The notes under the pieces are model-generated. The model saw nothing but the letters and a program-made list of their open reading frames with translations. It did not search any database and was not told the origin of the DNA. Shown one piece after another: positions 51,778 through 63,731 of a stretch of DNA of 64,000 bases; within the stretch, counting starts at the first letter, position 1, and each line of letters begins with the position of its first letter. The stretch lies in NCBI GenBank assembly GCA_905612315.1, contig CAJQSL010000007.1, forward strand, positions 40,652 to 104,651, written 5' to 3'. The position numbers were made by a program, and so were the translations under genes. The stretch is from an uncultured Francisellaceae bacterium. GTDB taxonomy: Bacteria > Pseudomonadota > Gammaproteobacteria > Francisellales > CACEW01.

Positions 51778-52491
51778 TTACCCCAAACCGCCAACTTCCC
51801 TTTGTATCTCATCATAGCTACTATTATATTTACCATCCCCACTCCAAAAAGAGTGTAAATACTCTAGCTCATACTCCATTCTATCCCTATTATGAGAATA
51901 ATCATTACCGCCAGCTTGATAAATATTATCAGCTTGTCCACCTAGCTTTCCATTTAAATCCTCATTTGTATAAATTCTATATAAAAATACCGTAGCCATT
52001 ATCTTTTTAAAAAGCTCTAAGCTTTTCTGATCACTCTTATCACTATCAAAAGCTAATAATAAAGCAGTTAAATTTGCACAAATTACTTTTATTAAATGTT
52101 TATTAGCTCGTACATTGTAAAACAAAGTATCTAGCCGATTAGATTTTTCTTTAGTTCTAGATGTAGAGTCAAGGTGTTCTCTTGCCTGATCTAGGCTATA
52201 CCCACCAAAAAAATAGCCAAATAAATTATAACAAACACATGTGCTTTTCGAAATAGAGTGTCGATCACACATTTGATCTATTGAATTTATATCATCTCTA
52301 TTTAAAACATATTCAGATAATTTTTTTGTGGTTTGTGATTTTGGTTTAGTTTTTCTTTTGGTTGGTTTTTGAGTAGGGTTTTCTGAATCTCCCTTTACGC
52401 CAGGCCATAGGGGATTACAAGTCATACCTGGAAGGCTAACTGGTTTAGAGTCTCCTGAACCTAATTTAAGTCCAGCTTTAAATCCAGACAT
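51778..52491 (-). CDS. hypothetical protein with basic N-terminal region
   Basis: 237-aa ORF. 'KPTKRKTKPKSQTTKK' near the N-terminus. No family recognised. Confidence 0.5.
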   Translation of the reverse strand: MSGFKAGLKLGSGDSKPVSLPGMTCNPLWPGVKGDSENPTQKPTKRKTKPKSQTTKKLSEYVLNRDDINSIDQMCDRHSISKSTCVCYNLFGYFFGGYSLDQAREHLDSTSRTKEKSNRLDTLFYNVRANKHLIKVICANLTALLLAFDSDKSDQKSLELFKKIMATVFLYRIYTNEDLNGKLGGQADNIYQAGGNDYSHNRDRMEYELEYLHSFWSGDGKYNSSYDEIQREVGGLG

Positions 52492-52531
52492 TTAAAATAT
52501 TTCCTTTTCTATTGTTATCTTTTTGCAATTT

Positions 52532-52567
52532 GGATCCCCCCATCCTAGCCTTCCCGTCGGTGAAGGG
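52532..52567. repeat. GC-rich intergenic repeat, family 2
   Basis: 'ggatccccccatcctagccttcccgtcggtgaaggg', between the 237-aa gene start and the fba stop. Confidence 0.7.
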
Positions 52568-52636
52568 ACTATAAGCCATACAAATAATATATCATGTAAA
52601 AAAGCAATAAATAACACAAAAAAATAATTAAGGATT

Positions 52637-53701
52637 TTATTTCACTCGAGGATCAAGCTCACCATTAGCATATTTAACCGCCATATCCTCAATAGAAACT
52701 CGTTTAAGTTTACTAGCATTTCCAGCCGCACCAAAAGCTTCGAACCTAGCTTTACAAATTTCTTTCATAGCATCTTTAGCTACTTTATTATATTTTCTAG
52801 GATCGAACTCTTTCGGGTTTTCATGCATAAATTTACGAATAGAACCAGTTGCTGCCATGCGCAAATCAGTATCAATATTTACCTTTCTAACTCCATTTTT
52901 AATACCTTCTTGAATCTCAGATACAGGTACGCCATAAGTTTCACCAAGGTCTCCGCCGTGAGTGTTGATAATTTCCAACCAATCTTGCGGTACTGAAGAT
53001 GAACCATGCATCACAAGATGAGTATCTGGAATACGCTCGTGAATAGCGCGGATTCTATCGATTGCTAAAATATCTCCAGTAGGTGGTCTAGTGAATTTAT
53101 ATGCACCATGACTTGTTCCAATGGCAATAGCTAAAGCATCAATCTTAGTTTGCTTAACAAAATCAGCTGCTTGCTCAGGATCTGTTAATAATTGTTCCAT
53201 ATCAAGCTTGCCTTCTGCGCCTGAGCCATCCTCTTCACCGGCCATACCAGTTTCTAATGAGCCCAAGCAACCAAGCTCGCCCTCAACAGATACACCGCAA
53301 GCATGCGCCATTTCAACAGCTCTTCTTGTTACATCAACATTATATTCATAACTTGCAGGAGTTTTAGCATCGCTCATTAAAGATCCATCCATCATAACAG
53401 AGGTAAAATTAGCATAAATAGAACGCTGGCACACATCAGGGGAGGCACCATGATCTTGATGCATAACAATTGGAATATGCGGGTATTCTTCTTGCGCACC
53501 CATAACTAAGTGCTTTAAAAAATGTACTCCAGCATATTTTCTAGCGCCAGCCGATGCTTGTAATATAACTGGCGAATCAGTCTCATTAGCAGCTTCCAGA
53601 ACAGCCTGAGTTTGCTCTAAGTTATTAACATTATATGCCGGCACACCATAATCATTTTCTGCTGCATGATCCAATAATTCTCTTAAAGTTATTAACGCCA
53701 T
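52637..53701 (-). CDS. fba: class II fructose-bisphosphate aldolase
   Basis: 354 aa. 'VMHQDHGAS' and '[10 protein letters not shown]' metal-binding His motifs. Confidence 0.95.
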   Translation of the reverse strand: MALITLRELLDHAAENDYGVPAYNVNNLEQTQAVLEAANETDSPVILQASAGARKYAGVHFLKHLVMGAQEEYPHIPIVMHQDHGASPDVCQRSIYANFTSVMMDGSLMSDAKTPASYEYNVDVTRRAVEMAHACGVSVEGELGCLGSLETGMAGEEDGSGAEGKLDMEQLLTDPEQAADFVKQTKIDALAIAIGTSHGAYKFTRPPTGDILAIDRIRAIHERIPDTHLVMHGSSSVPQDWLEIINTHGGDLGETYGVPVSEIQEGIKNGVRKVNIDTDLRMAATGSIRKFMHENPKEFDPRKYNKVAKDAMKEICKARFEAFGAAGNASKLKRVSIEDMAVKYANGELDPRVK

Positions 53702-53727
53702 TTCAAAACACTCCTAAAATCTTAAAT

Positions 53728-55161
53728 TTATACCACTTTACCTACTTTTACCACTTTCATTTTATTAGTTCCGCCATGAACTCCCATGTGATCCCCCGAG
53801 GTTAGAATAGCGAAATCACCATTTGATAAAACTCCTATTTTTTCTAACTCGGCAACAGCTGCTTTATTTACGTCCTCTTTTTTCATTTTAGTAGAGTCAA
53901 AAGCTATAGGAAAAACTCCTCGATAGAAATTAACCTTTCCCTCAACCTCTGGAGTTCTAATTAAAGCAAATATTGGCAAATTCGAGCGAATTCGTGACAT
54001 CCATAAAGCACTAATTCCAGATTCTGTAAGAGCAATAATAGCTTTTACATCAAGATGATTAGCTGTATACATAGTTGCCATCGCAATAGCTTCATCCGCC
54101 CTTTGAAATTGACATTCCATTCTATGTTTAGATTGATGAGTTATCGGGCTCTCCTCTGTTGCTAAAATAATTTTAGACATAGTCTCTATAGCCTCAACAG
54201 GATAATTACCAGTTGCAGATTCGGCCGATAACATAACGACATCAGTTCCATCTAAAACCGCATTAGCCACATCAGATACTTCAGCTCTCGTAGGAGATGG
54301 AGCTTCAATCATCGACTCTAGCATTTGAGTTGCTGTAATTGCTATTTTATTAAGCTCCCGGCAGCGCTGAATTAGATGCTTTTGCACAGCCGGAACTCGC
54401 TCAGCACCAATTTCAACTGCCAAATCACCCCTGGCAACCATGACGCCATCACCAGCTTCTATAATTTCATCAATATGATCTAAAGCTTCAACTCTCTCAA
54501 TTTTAGCAATTATCCCAATATGCTGCGCTCCTTGAGCATCCAATAAAGCCCGAGCTTCATGCATGTCTTCAGCATTTCTAACAAAAGATAACGCTAATAA
54601 ATTAACCCCAATTTTAGTTGCAGTTATTAAATCTTCTTTATCTTTATCTGTTAACGCTTTGGCAGATAAACCACCACCTTGCTTATTAATACCTTTATTA
54701 TTTGATAAGGGTCCTGCAACAGTTACCTCACATATAACCTTTTTTCCAGCTACATCTTTAACTTTAAAAACTATTTTGCCATCATCTAATAATAAAATAT
54801 CACCAGGTGCAACTTCCTGCGGCAAAGTTGGGTAATCTATCCCGACACAAGTATTATTGCCTGCTTCTAAATCCATATCGCCATCTAAGATAAACTCTTG
54901 CCCCTGCTCCAGCATTACTTTATCATCTTTAAATCTGGCAATTCTAATCTTAGGGCCTTGTAAATCTCCCAAAACCCCAACCTTATGGCCTGTTCTTTTA
55001 GCAACTTTACGAATTAATTCAACTCGCATTTTATGATCATCTGCAGTTCCGTGCGAAAAATTACACCTAACTGCATCAAGCCCTGCTTTAAACATTTTCT
55101 CTAAAACTTCTTCAGACTCAGAAGCTGGCCCAACCGTAGCCAATATCTTTGTTCTTTTCAT
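53728..55161 (-). CDS. pyk: pyruvate kinase
   Basis: 'MKRTKILATVGPAS', 'MVARGDLAVEI'. 477 aa. Confidence 0.95.
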   Translation of the reverse strand: MKRTKILATVGPASESEEVLEKMFKAGLDAVRCNFSHGTADDHKMRVELIRKVAKRTGHKVGVLGDLQGPKIRIARFKDDKVMLEQGQEFILDGDMDLEAGNNTCVGIDYPTLPQEVAPGDILLLDDGKIVFKVKDVAGKKVICEVTVAGPLSNNKGINKQGGGLSAKALTDKDKEDLITATKIGVNLLALSFVRNAEDMHEARALLDAQGAQHIGIIAKIERVEALDHIDEIIEAGDGVMVARGDLAVEIGAERVPAVQKHLIQRCRELNKIAITATQMLESMIEAPSPTRAEVSDVANAVLDGTDVVMLSAESATGNYPVEAIETMSKIILATEESPITHQSKHRMECQFQRADEAIAMATMYTANHLDVKAIIALTESGISALWMSRIRSNLPIFALIRTPEVEGKVNFYRGVFPIAFDSTKMKKEDVNKAAVAELEKIGVLSNGDFAILTSGDHMGVHGGTNKMKVVKVGKVV

Positions 55162-55170
55162 AACATATCC

Positions 55171-56374
55171 TTAATTTTTAGCCCTTATTTCAAGTATAGC
55201 TAATGCTGGCAACTTTTTGCCCTCCAAGTACTCTAAAAAAGCACCACCACCTGTTGAAATATAGGAAATTTTATCTTTAACCCCAAATTGATCTATTGCA
55301 CTTAAAGTGTCTCCACCGCCAGCTACTGAAAAAGCATCTGAGCTTGCAATAGATAATGCTAACTCTTTTGTACCCAATGAAAACTCAGGAAACTCAAACA
55401 CACCAACCGGACCATTCCAAACAATAGTCCCGGCAGATTCCATAAAAGCTGCTAAATTTTTTGAACTTTCAGGGCCAATATCTAATATTTGCTCATCATC
55501 CGCTACTTCAAAAACTTGCTTAATTTTAGCTTTTTCAGATTTATCAAACTTTTTAGCAACCCTAACATCCACTGGCAAAGGTACTGTGCCACCATTTTTC
55601 TGAATTTTATTTATAATTTCTTTAGCATCTTCAATTAGATCCCGCTCATATAAAGACTCTCCAACATTATGCCCAACAGCTGCCAAAAAAGTATTAGCTA
55701 TACCGCCGCCAACTATTAATTGATCAACCTTGCTAGATAACTCTTTTAAAACCGTTAACTTAGATGAAACTTTTGAACCGCCAACTATAACAACTAAGGG
55801 TTTTTTTAGGGTCAGACAAACATTTGGACAAAGCCGCTATTTCACTCATTAATAAAGGGCCCGCACAAGCAATTTTGGCATATTTAGCAACTCCATGCGT
55901 AGATGCCTGCGCTCGGTGCGCCGTCCCAAAAGCATCATGCACGTATACATCACATAAAGCTGCCATCTTCTTAGATAATTCATCATCATCAGATTTTTCA
56001 CCAGCATTAAATCTTACGTTTTCTAATAAAATTATCTCACCAGAATTAATATTTAATACTTCACCATCTAAATAGTCTTTAACCAACTTAACAGGCTTTG
56101 CTAATAAATCACTTAAATGCTCAGCCACTGGCGCCAAAGAAAACTTTTGATCATATTCTCCTTCAACCGGCCTACCTAAATGAGAAGCCAATATTAATTT
56201 ACCATTAGCATCTAAAACCTTTTTAATACTAGGTAGAGCAGCTTGAATTCTAATATCACTTTCTATAACACCAGTTTCAGGATTTATAGGAACATTAAAA
56301 TCAACCCGCATCAAAACTTTTTTATCAGATATTTCACCTTTAGAAATCAAACTATCTAAGCTTAAAACTTGCAT
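55171..56374 (-). pseudogene. pgk: phosphoglycerate kinase, split by a single-base insertion in an A-run (or sequencing error)
   Basis: The N-terminal ORF 55760..56374 has 'RVDFNVP'. The C-terminal ORF 55171..55686 has 'STGGGAFLE'. Deleting one A from the A7 run on the minus strand (plus-strand T7 at 55801-55807) reads '[55 protein letters not shown]', joining both halves. Confidence 0.9.
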
Positions 56375-56402
56375 AAAACAAACCCTAAATTAAATTAAAA
56401 TT

Positions 56403-57419
56403 TTATTTAGCACTCATTAATGCAACTGTAGTATCAAGCATTCTATTAGAAAAGCCCCACTCGTTATCATACCAAGATAAAACTTTGACTAAATTTCCGA
56501 TCACTTTAGTTTGCGTTGCATCAAACACGCTTGAATATTTATTATGATTAAAATCAACTGAAACTAATGGCAAAGTGTTATAGCCTAAGATCTCACTCAT
56601 TTCACCTTCAGATGCAGATTTTATTAAACTATTTACTTCATCCACGCTAGTCTCTTTTGAAGCTACAAAACTTAAATCCACAACTGATACATTAATAGTT
56701 GGAACTCGCATAGCAAAACCATCAAGTTTGCCATTTAGCTCAGGCAATACTAAACCAACAGCTGCAGCAGCTCCAGTTTTTGCAGGTATCATAGATTGAG
56801 TGGCAGATCTTGCGCGGCGTAAATCAGAATGGTAAACATCCGTTAGTTTTTGATCATTAGTATAAGCATGAATGGTTGTCATTAAGCCTTTTTCAATACC
56901 GAGATTATCATTTAAAACTTTAGAGATAGGTGCTAGGCAATTTGTAGTACAAGATGCATTTGATATAACTATATCCGATGATTTTAACACCCCATGATTT
57001 ACACCATAAACAATAGTTGCATCAACATCTTTACCACCTGGGGCTGAAATAATTACCTTTTTAGCCCCGCCTTGTAAGTGCGCGCTTGCTTTTTCTTTGC
57101 TTGCAAAAAAACCAGTACACTCATAAACCACATCTACGCCCAAATCACCCCAAGGTAATTTTGATGGGTCGCGCTCAGATAAAACTTTAATTTTATCGCC
57201 ATTTACAACCAAGTTATCACCTTCAACGTTAACTTCACCGTTAAACTTGCCGTGAGTTGTGTCATATTGAGTTAAATGAGCATTAACAGCAGCATCCCCA
57301 AGATCATTAATTGCTACTATTTCAATTGCATCTTTACGATGACCTTCATATAAAGCTCGTAAAATATTGCGACCAATTCTACCATAACCATTAATTGCGA
57401 CTTTGATTTTTGCACTCAT
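56403..57419 (-). CDS. gap: glyceraldehyde-3-phosphate dehydrogenase
   Basis: 'NGYGRIGRN', active site '[12 protein letters not shown]'. Confidence 0.97.
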   Translation of the reverse strand: MSAKIKVAINGYGRIGRNILRALYEGHRKDAIEIVAINDLGDAAVNAHLTQYDTTHGKFNGEVNVEGDNLVVNGDKIKVLSERDPSKLPWGDLGVDVVYECTGFFASKEKASAHLQGGAKKVIISAPGGKDVDATIVYGVNHGVLKSSDIVISNASCTTNCLAPISKVLNDNLGIEKGLMTTIHAYTNDQKLTDVYHSDLRRARSATQSMIPAKTGAAAAVGLVLPELNGKLDGFAMRVPTINVSVVDLSFVASKETSVDEVNSLIKSASEGEMSEILGYNTLPLVSVDFNHNKYSSVFDATQTKVIGNLVKVLSWYDNEWGFSNRMLDTTVALMSAK

Positions 57420-57489
57420 AAGATTGCTCCTTTATTTATATCTAAATAATATGACTCTCGGGCCATACTACCCAGATAAAATTAGAAAC

Positions 57490-59538
57490 TCAACTTAAAA
57501 GTGCAAGGATTTTATCCACTGTAAAGCCAAAATGCGTGAACAAATCAGAAGCTGGAGCTGACTCACCGAATTGATCCATCCCGATAACTAAACCATCAGA
57601 TCCAACTACTTTATACCAAAGACCAGAAACCCCAGCCTCAATAGCAACTTTTCTAACACCTTTTGGTAATACTGAATCTTGATATGCTTTATCTTGAGAA
57701 TAAAATAAATCTAAAGATGGCATAGAGACTAATCTTATATTCAAATTTTTATCTGCAGCTAATTTATCAGCCACATCTTTTGCAAGGCTTACTTCAGAGC
57801 CAGTTGCAATTAAGATAAGATCTATATCTTTATTATTATCAACAAAAACCTCAGATAAAACATACCCTCCTTTAGACACAAAACCCTCACGTGAGCCTTT
57901 AGATTCATCCCAAAATTCTTGCATAGGAGCAAGTCCTTGCCTTGATAAACACAAACTACTTGGGCCAGCTTTATTCTCTAAAGAACATTTCCATGCAACA
58001 GCAGATTCAAAATCATCACACGGGCGCCATACTGTCATGTTAGGAATAAGACGCAAACTAGAGACATGCTCAACCGGCTGATGCGTTGGGCCATCCTCAC
58101 CTAGGCCAATTGAATCATGAGTTAAAACATAAATAACTCTTTGCTGCATTAAAGCACTCATGCGCATAGCATTTCGCATGTAATCTGTGAATACTAGAAA
58201 AGTCCCGCCGTATGGAATAAAACCACCATATAAAGCTAAACCATTCATAATTGCTGCCATACCAAACTCACGTACGCCATAATAACAATAATTTCCAGCT
58301 TCTCGCTTATTACTTAAAGCTTTCTCTTTACCCCAATTAGTATTATTAGAGCCAGTTAAATCAGCAGAGCCTCCAAATAATTCAGGCATAAACTTAACAT
58401 AATGCTTTAAAGCATCTTGGGATGATTTTCTAGTTGCAAGCTTAGTTGGGTTATTAGCCAATTGTGTAAAAAATTCTTTATTTTGCGCATCCCAATTAGC
58501 TGGTAGATCTTTATTTAATCTACGAGTTAGCTCTTCATATTCATTAGGATTAGCAAGCTTATAAGATGCTAATAACTCTTGCCATGCATTATATAAATCT
58601 TCACCCTTAGAAACTGCATTATATGCTTGATAAACATTATTTGGTATTTCAAAAGGAGCGTGCTTCCAGCCTAATTTTTCTCTCGTTAATTTTATTTCAT
58701 CATCACCTAAAGGCGCCCCGTGAGAACCTGCGGTATCTGCTTTATTCGGTGATCCAAACCCTATTATTGTTTTAGCACAAATAATACTAGGTTGATTCGT
58801 ATTATCTTTTGCATCTTGTATTGCTTTAGTTATTTGCTCTGGATTATGTCCATCTATATTTCTGATTACATGCCAACCATAAGCTTCAAACCTTTTAGCA
58901 ACATCTTCACTGAACCATGCATCGACTTTTCCATCAATAGATATGCCGTTATCATCCCAAACTAAAATCAATTTACCTAACTTAAGAGTTCCAGCTAAAG
59001 AGCAAACTTCATGTGAGACACCTTCCATTAAACAGCCATCTCCACAAAAAGCATAAATATAATGATCAAATAAATTATGATCTTGAGTATTATAAGTTGA
59101 TGCTAAATTTCTCTCACCTATTGCCATCCCAACGGCATTAGCAATACCTTGACCCAATGGCCCTGTAGTTGTTTCAACTCCTGGAGCATATCCATATTCA
59201 GGATGTCCTGGAGTTTTAGAATCTAGTTGCCTGAAATTTTTAAGATCTTCAATAGATAAATCATAGCCGCTTAGGTGCAACAAAGAATATAACAGCATTG
59301 AACCATGACCATTTGATAACACAAATCTATCTCTATTTGGCCAGTTTGTATGCTTAGGTGAGTGATTTAGAAAATCACACCAAAGAACTTGAGCTAAATC
59401 CGCCATTCCCATCGGCATACCAGGATGACCTGAATTTGCTTTTTGCACTGCATCCATCGCAAGAGCACGGATTGCATTAGCTTGTTCAGTTTGGGTAGGA
59501 GTAGGAGTTGAAGAAATCTCAGCATCTTTGACCATCAT
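57490..59538 (-). CDS. tkt: transketolase
   Basis: '[16 protein letters not shown]', and a ThDP motif 'GDGCLMEG'. Confidence 0.97.
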   Translation of the reverse strand: MMVKDAEISSTPTPTQTEQANAIRALAMDAVQKANSGHPGMPMGMADLAQVLWCDFLNHSPKHTNWPNRDRFVLSNGHGSMLLYSLLHLSGYDLSIEDLKNFRQLDSKTPGHPEYGYAPGVETTTGPLGQGIANAVGMAIGERNLASTYNTQDHNLFDHYIYAFCGDGCLMEGVSHEVCSLAGTLKLGKLILVWDDNGISIDGKVDAWFSEDVAKRFEAYGWHVIRNIDGHNPEQITKAIQDAKDNTNQPSIICAKTIIGFGSPNKADTAGSHGAPLGDDEIKLTREKLGWKHAPFEIPNNVYQAYNAVSKGEDLYNAWQELLASYKLANPNEYEELTRRLNKDLPANWDAQNKEFFTQLANNPTKLATRKSSQDALKHYVKFMPELFGGSADLTGSNNTNWGKEKALSNKREAGNYCYYGVREFGMAAIMNGLALYGGFIPYGGTFLVFTDYMRNAMRMSALMQQRVIYVLTHDSIGLGEDGPTHQPVEHVSSLRLIPNMTVWRPCDDFESAVAWKCSLENKAGPSSLCLSRQGLAPMQEFWDESKGSREGFVSKGGYVLSEVFVDNNKDIDLILIATGSEVSLAKDVADKLAADKNLNIRLVSMPSLDLFYSQDKAYQDSVLPKGVRKVAIEAGVSGLWYKVVGSDGLVIGMDQFGESAPASDLFTHFGFTVDKILALLS

Positions 59539-59721
59539 AAAAAACCCTCAGTAATAATAAAAAAAATCAAAAAAATCGTCGAAATTATATCAGCGCATAA
59601 GCTGTGGTGCAATGTTATTAAATTAAATATATAAATGAAAACCTTTTCGAATTTTAGCAAAATGATTTAAACTATTAAGTATTAGAGAATTAATTAAACA
59701 CAACCTTTAAGCGCAAACTAA

Positions 59722-60312
59722 ATGCTATCAAAACGAGCAACTTTATATATTATCTTAATTTTGATTGTGATTTTACTAAGTATCGTTCTTGGATCTATTC
59801 AAATAAATCAAATGAAATCAGATGCAAAAGATATACTATTGATGCGAGGTAAAAACATTAAGATTACGCAACTGGATACATCAGGAAAAATAAAATATGA
59901 CATAATAGCAGACTCCTTTAACGATATAACAAACACTAAAACTATAATAAAAAATCCAAAGACTGTTTTTTATAATAACTCTGGCCAGCCGCCATGGCAT
60001 GTGACAAGCAACATTGGATATTTATATAACCAATATAACAAGCCAAAGGAAACTCTAACTTTACAATCTAACGTTATAATATTTAAAAAAGGCTCTGAAT
60101 TAAAAAACTCAAAACCACTAAAAATAACAACTGATAAAATAAATCTATTTATAAATAACAATATTGTTTACACACCTGAACCAGTTACAATTCTAGAGCC
60201 TAATTCACCAAATAAAACTACAGCAGAAGGCCTTATTTATTCAAACACAAGCAAACAACTTTACTTACTTGCAAACGTTAAAACTCACTACCAACCTACC
60301 AAAAAGATTTAA
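59722..60312 (+). CDS. lptC: LPS export protein LptC
   Basis: 196 aa. N-terminal TM anchor. Position immediately upstream of lptA-lptB. Confidence 0.7.
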   Translation: MLSKRATLYIILILIVILLSIVLGSIQINQMKSDAKDILLMRGKNIKITQLDTSGKIKYDIIADSFNDITNTKTIIKNPKTVFYNNSGQPPWHVTSNIGYLYNQYNKPKETLTLQSNVIIFKKGSELKNSKPLKITTDKINLFINNNIVYTPEPVTILEPNSPNKTTAEGLIYSNTSKQLYLLANVKTHYQPTKKI

Positions 60313-60328
60313 AGAAGATTAAAGCAAT

Positions 60329-60880
60329 ATGAAAAATTTTAAATTAAACCCAAAAAGATTAACAAAAGCATTTACAATCTTAATTATCAATTTAATTTTT
60401 ATTAGCCCATGCTTTGCACTTGCATCTGATGAAACTAAACCTATTAATATAACTAGCGACTCTTTTGATGCTAATCTTATAACGCACATAGCTCACTACA
60501 AAAAAAATGTAATCGCAACCCAAGGGACTCGCACACTAACAGGTGATCTTGCAACTATATATGGAAATAATAAAAATGAAGTTAACAAAATAACCGTCAC
60601 AGGAAAACCTGCTAAGTACTCATACCAAGCAAAACTAGGAGAGAAACTCTCACATGCTCGAGCTGACCTTATAATCTACGAACCACCTAAAAATACATTT
60701 ACTATGATCGGCAATGCCTATGTAGAACAAAACAACAATGTTTATACTGGACACAAATTAATTTATAATACTTTAGATGAAACTATTACTAGTCCAGCTC
60801 AAAAATTTAAACGTGGCACAATGACACTACAGCCTGAGGCATTTCAATCTAAATCTAAAAAACCAACTCAAAAGAAATAA
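60329..60880 (+). CDS. lptA: LPS transport periplasmic protein LptA (OstA-like)
   Basis: Signal peptide. 'PINITSDSF...' OstA-N pattern. Located between lptC and lptB. Confidence 0.8.
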   Translation: MKNFKLNPKRLTKAFTILIINLIFISPCFALASDETKPINITSDSFDANLITHIAHYKKNVIATQGTRTLTGDLATIYGNNKNEVNKITVTGKPAKYSYQAKLGEKLSHARADLIIYEPPKNTFTMIGNAYVEQNNNVYTGHKLIYNTLDETITSPAQKFKRGTMTLQPEAFQSKSKKPTQKK

Positions 60881-60882
60881 AC

Positions 60883-61608
60883 ATGAAAACATTAATAGCA
60901 AAGAACTTAGCCAAGAAATATAGAAACCGATGGGTAGTATCAGATATTTCAATAGAACTAAATAATTCAGAAATCGTAGGCTTACTCGGCCCAAATGGTG
61001 CAGGCAAAACCACATCTTTTTATATGATAGTAGGACTAGTCAAACCAAATAAAGGTTCAGTAAGTATAAATAATACCGACATAACGAACCTACCGCTTCA
61101 TAAGCGCGCCCAGTTAGGTTTAGGATATTTGCCGCAGGAAAACTCTATTTTTAGAAAATTATCTGTAAAAGATAATATAATGGCTATTTTAGAGCTGCAA
61201 AAAGATTTAACTAGTGCCCAGCGCAATGAAAAGCTAACATATTTACTAGATGAATTTCATTTAACTCATTTGAGTGACAACCTAGGATATAGTTTATCCG
61301 GTGGCGAGCGCCGTAGAACCGAAATAGCAAGAACCTTAGCGACTAACCCGCAATTTATACTACTAGATGAGCCCTTTGCTGGCGTTGACCCTATTTCAGT
61401 TATAGATATTAAAAGAATTATTAAACAACTTAACCAAAAAGGCATTGGAATCTTAATAACAGACCACAATGTTCGAGAAACTTTAGATATTTGTCATCGC
61501 GCATATATTGTTAATAGTGGAGAAATCATCGCCAATGGCAGCGCAAAAGATATATTGTCAAATGAACAAGTTAAAAAAGTTTATCTAGGCGAAGGATTTA
61601 AAATTTAA
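60883..61608 (+). CDS. lptB: LPS export ABC transporter ATPase LptB
   Basis: 'GPNGAGKTT', 'LSGGERRR', '[11 protein letters not shown]'. 241 aa. Confidence 0.95.
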   Translation: MKTLIAKNLAKKYRNRWVVSDISIELNNSEIVGLLGPNGAGKTTSFYMIVGLVKPNKGSVSINNTDITNLPLHKRAQLGLGYLPQENSIFRKLSVKDNIMAILELQKDLTSAQRNEKLTYLLDEFHLTHLSDNLGYSLSGGERRRTEIARTLATNPQFILLDEPFAGVDPISVIDIKRIIKQLNQKGIGILITDHNVRETLDICHRAYIVNSGEIIANGSAKDILSNEQVKKVYLGEGFKI

Positions 61609-61639
61609 ATTAATTATAACAACCTTAAGGAGTATTAAT

Positions 61640-61981
61640 ATGCAATTACAAATAACCGCTAGACACACCGAGCACACCGCTGCTCTAGATCAATTTATTA
61701 ATGATAAATTTGAAAAGTTAGATAAATATTTTGATAACCTGGTTTCAACTCATGTAATTATTAGCGTTGATAAAAATAATCATACTTGCGAAGCTAATCT
61801 TAATGTTCCAGGGGATCGTCTTTTTGCGACAACTGATGCAGATAATATGTACTCTGCTATTGATGGAACTTTGGATAAGTTAACTCAGCAAGTTAAAAAA
61901 TACAGAAGCAAGCTTAAGGACCATGGGCATTGTGTACCGAAGAAGGAAGTTGTGGTTGAGCCTGAGGATGGTGAAGAGTAA
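61640..61981 (+). CDS. hpf: ribosome hibernation promoting factor (short HPF/YfiA family)
   Basis: 'MQLQITARH...' sigma-54-modulation-protein fold pattern. 113 aa. Starts 31 nt after lptB. Confidence 0.85.
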   Translation: MQLQITARHTEHTAALDQFINDKFEKLDKYFDNLVSTHVIISVDKNNHTCEANLNVPGDRLFATTDADNMYSAIDGTLDKLTQQVKKYRSKLKDHGHCVPKKEVVVEPEDGEE

Positions 61982-61990
61982 AAACAGAAT

Positions 61991-62070
61991 GAGACCTCCT
62001 AGCAAGGACAACGCAGAGTCTTTGCTAGGAACGACGTGACAAAGCAATCTCCCGCAGGTTGCTTCCCTCA
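61991..62070. repeat. GC-rich intergenic repeat, family 1-related, with 8-bp hairpin
   Basis: 'cctagcaa...ttgctagg' hairpin followed by 'aggaacgacgtgacaaagcaatctccc' (compare 22701 'aggaacgtagtgacgtggcaatctcca'). Lies between the convergent hpf and ygfA stops. Confidence 0.7.
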
Positions 62071-62862
62071 AAAAGAAAAAATATCACCAGGACTAATAAA
62101 CCTATCTAATTTCACATCCCACTCCCTGGACTCAAGCTCACAATCCTCACCTAAAAACTGAAAATCATAACCACAACCTATCAATACGGGCCCATTACTT
62201 TGTAAACAAAAAGCATCATCAGCCATTATATCACTCATGTTTTTACGCATATTTTTAAAAGAAAAAGTCCTATCATAATAACCACCCCCCATCCCGAGGC
62301 GCTCGCCATTTTTATCACAAGCAACCAAAGGCATAAGAACTATATCCAATAACCAAGGAGCAATTGTTTTATCAGGCTCAAGCTTGGGCTCTAAAATATT
62401 ATAGCAATTAATATCCCCGCCTTTAAAAATCTTGCACGCCAAATCATCTGACACATCACATAACCTAAATTGCAACTTACCAGGTAACACAGGATGCACA
62501 GCTGGCATATAAATCTCAACGCCAATATCCTTTGAGTTAATTTCTAAAGCAAATTTAGACAAATAATCAATAGTTGCTGATAAATCCAACTCATTTTTTA
62601 CGGCTGAATATACGCCTATACGCAATGATCTATGAATTGGATTAGATGATTCTTGATGCGACTTAAGCCATTTTTCAAACCAAATTTTAAAATTCTCAAA
62701 AAAAGATAAACTTGCTGTTTGACAAAAATCTTGCTCCAAGCTAGATCTGTGATTTTTTATTTTAGTGCGCAAATTTTTACGATAATCTTTAGGTATATCT
62801 TTATTATCATCTTCAAGCTCTTTTGAAAAATCCAATCTAACCCCCTTGATCAAACACGTCAA
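62068..62862 (-). CDS. ygfA: 5-formyltetrahydrofolate cyclo-ligase
   Basis: 'GMGGGYYDRT' motif. 'YRKNLRTKIKNHRSSL' N-terminal pattern. Start uncertain: the ORF opens at TTG 62862, directly abutting the map stop. Confidence 0.8.
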   Translation of the reverse strand: MTCLIKGVRLDFSKELEDDNKDIPKDYRKNLRTKIKNHRSSLEQDFCQTASLSFFENFKIWFEKWLKSHQESSNPIHRSLRIGVYSAVKNELDLSATIDYLSKFALEINSKDIGVEIYMPAVHPVLPGKLQFRLCDVSDDLACKIFKGGDINCYNILEPKLEPDKTIAPWLLDIVLMPLVACDKNGERLGMGGGYYDRTFSFKNMRKNMSDIMADDAFCLQSNGPVLIGCGYDFQFLGEDCELESREWDVKLDRFISPGDIFSF

Positions 62863-63645
62863 TCAACCTATTTTATCTATTCTATCTTTTTCTTCTTCTC
62901 TATAGGTTAAAATTTCATAACCAGTTTCAGTTACTAATAAAGTATGCTCCCACTGCGCTGATAAAGATCTATCTTTAGTTACAACCGTCCAATTATCAGG
63001 TAATAATCTTGTATGCCTTTTCCCAGCATTAATCATAGGCTCGATAGTAAATGTCATACCAGGCTCGATCACAGCCCCAGTACCAGGAGTTCCATAATGC
63101 ATAACCTGAGGATCTTCATGCATGCTAGCACCAACGCCATGACCACAATATTCTCTAACCACTGAAAAACCATTTGCATGCGCATGTTTAGATACCATAG
63201 AGCCTATATCACCGAGCATAACTCCGGGTTTTACCATTTTTATGCCTATATACAAGCACTCTTGGGTAACTTTAATTAACCTTTGGGCTAAAACAGGGCA
63301 TTGGCCAATACAAAACATTTTACTACTGTCACCGTGATAACCATCTTTTTTGACGACTATATCAACGTTGACAATGTCGCCCTTTTTAATATTTTTATCC
63401 CCAGGGATGCCATGACAAATAACATGATTAACAGAAGTACATAATGACTTTGGAAAACCGCGATAACCCAAAGATGCGGGATACGCATCCAACTCATTGA
63501 CTATAAAATCATGTGCCATATCATTAATTTCATTTGTAGTCACGCCAGCTTTTACAAATGGAGTAATATGATTTAACGTCCTTGCTGTAAGCTCACCGGC
63601 TATGCGCATTTTTTCAATTTCTTCGGGTGCTTTGATTAAACCCAT
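62863..63645 (-). CDS. map: type I methionine aminopeptidase
   Basis: 260 aa. 'VICHGIP', and metal ligands in the 'D..V...G.H.D', 'HG.G' and 'E..' pattern. Confidence 0.95.
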   Translation of the reverse strand: MGLIKAPEEIEKMRIAGELTARTLNHITPFVKAGVTTNEINDMAHDFIVNELDAYPASLGYRGFPKSLCTSVNHVICHGIPGDKNIKKGDIVNVDIVVKKDGYHGDSSKMFCIGQCPVLAQRLIKVTQECLYIGIKMVKPGVMLGDIGSMVSKHAHANGFSVVREYCGHGVGASMHEDPQVMHYGTPGTGAVIEPGMTFTIEPMINAGKRHTRLLPDNWTVVTKDRSLSAQWEHTLLVTETGYEILTYREEEKDRIDKIG

Positions 63646-63731
63646 CCTAAAAACCTCAAAATTATTATATATATAATAATTTTACTAGAAAAATAGCTAT
63701 AAAGAAAGAAACTCATAAGAATTAAGAATAA

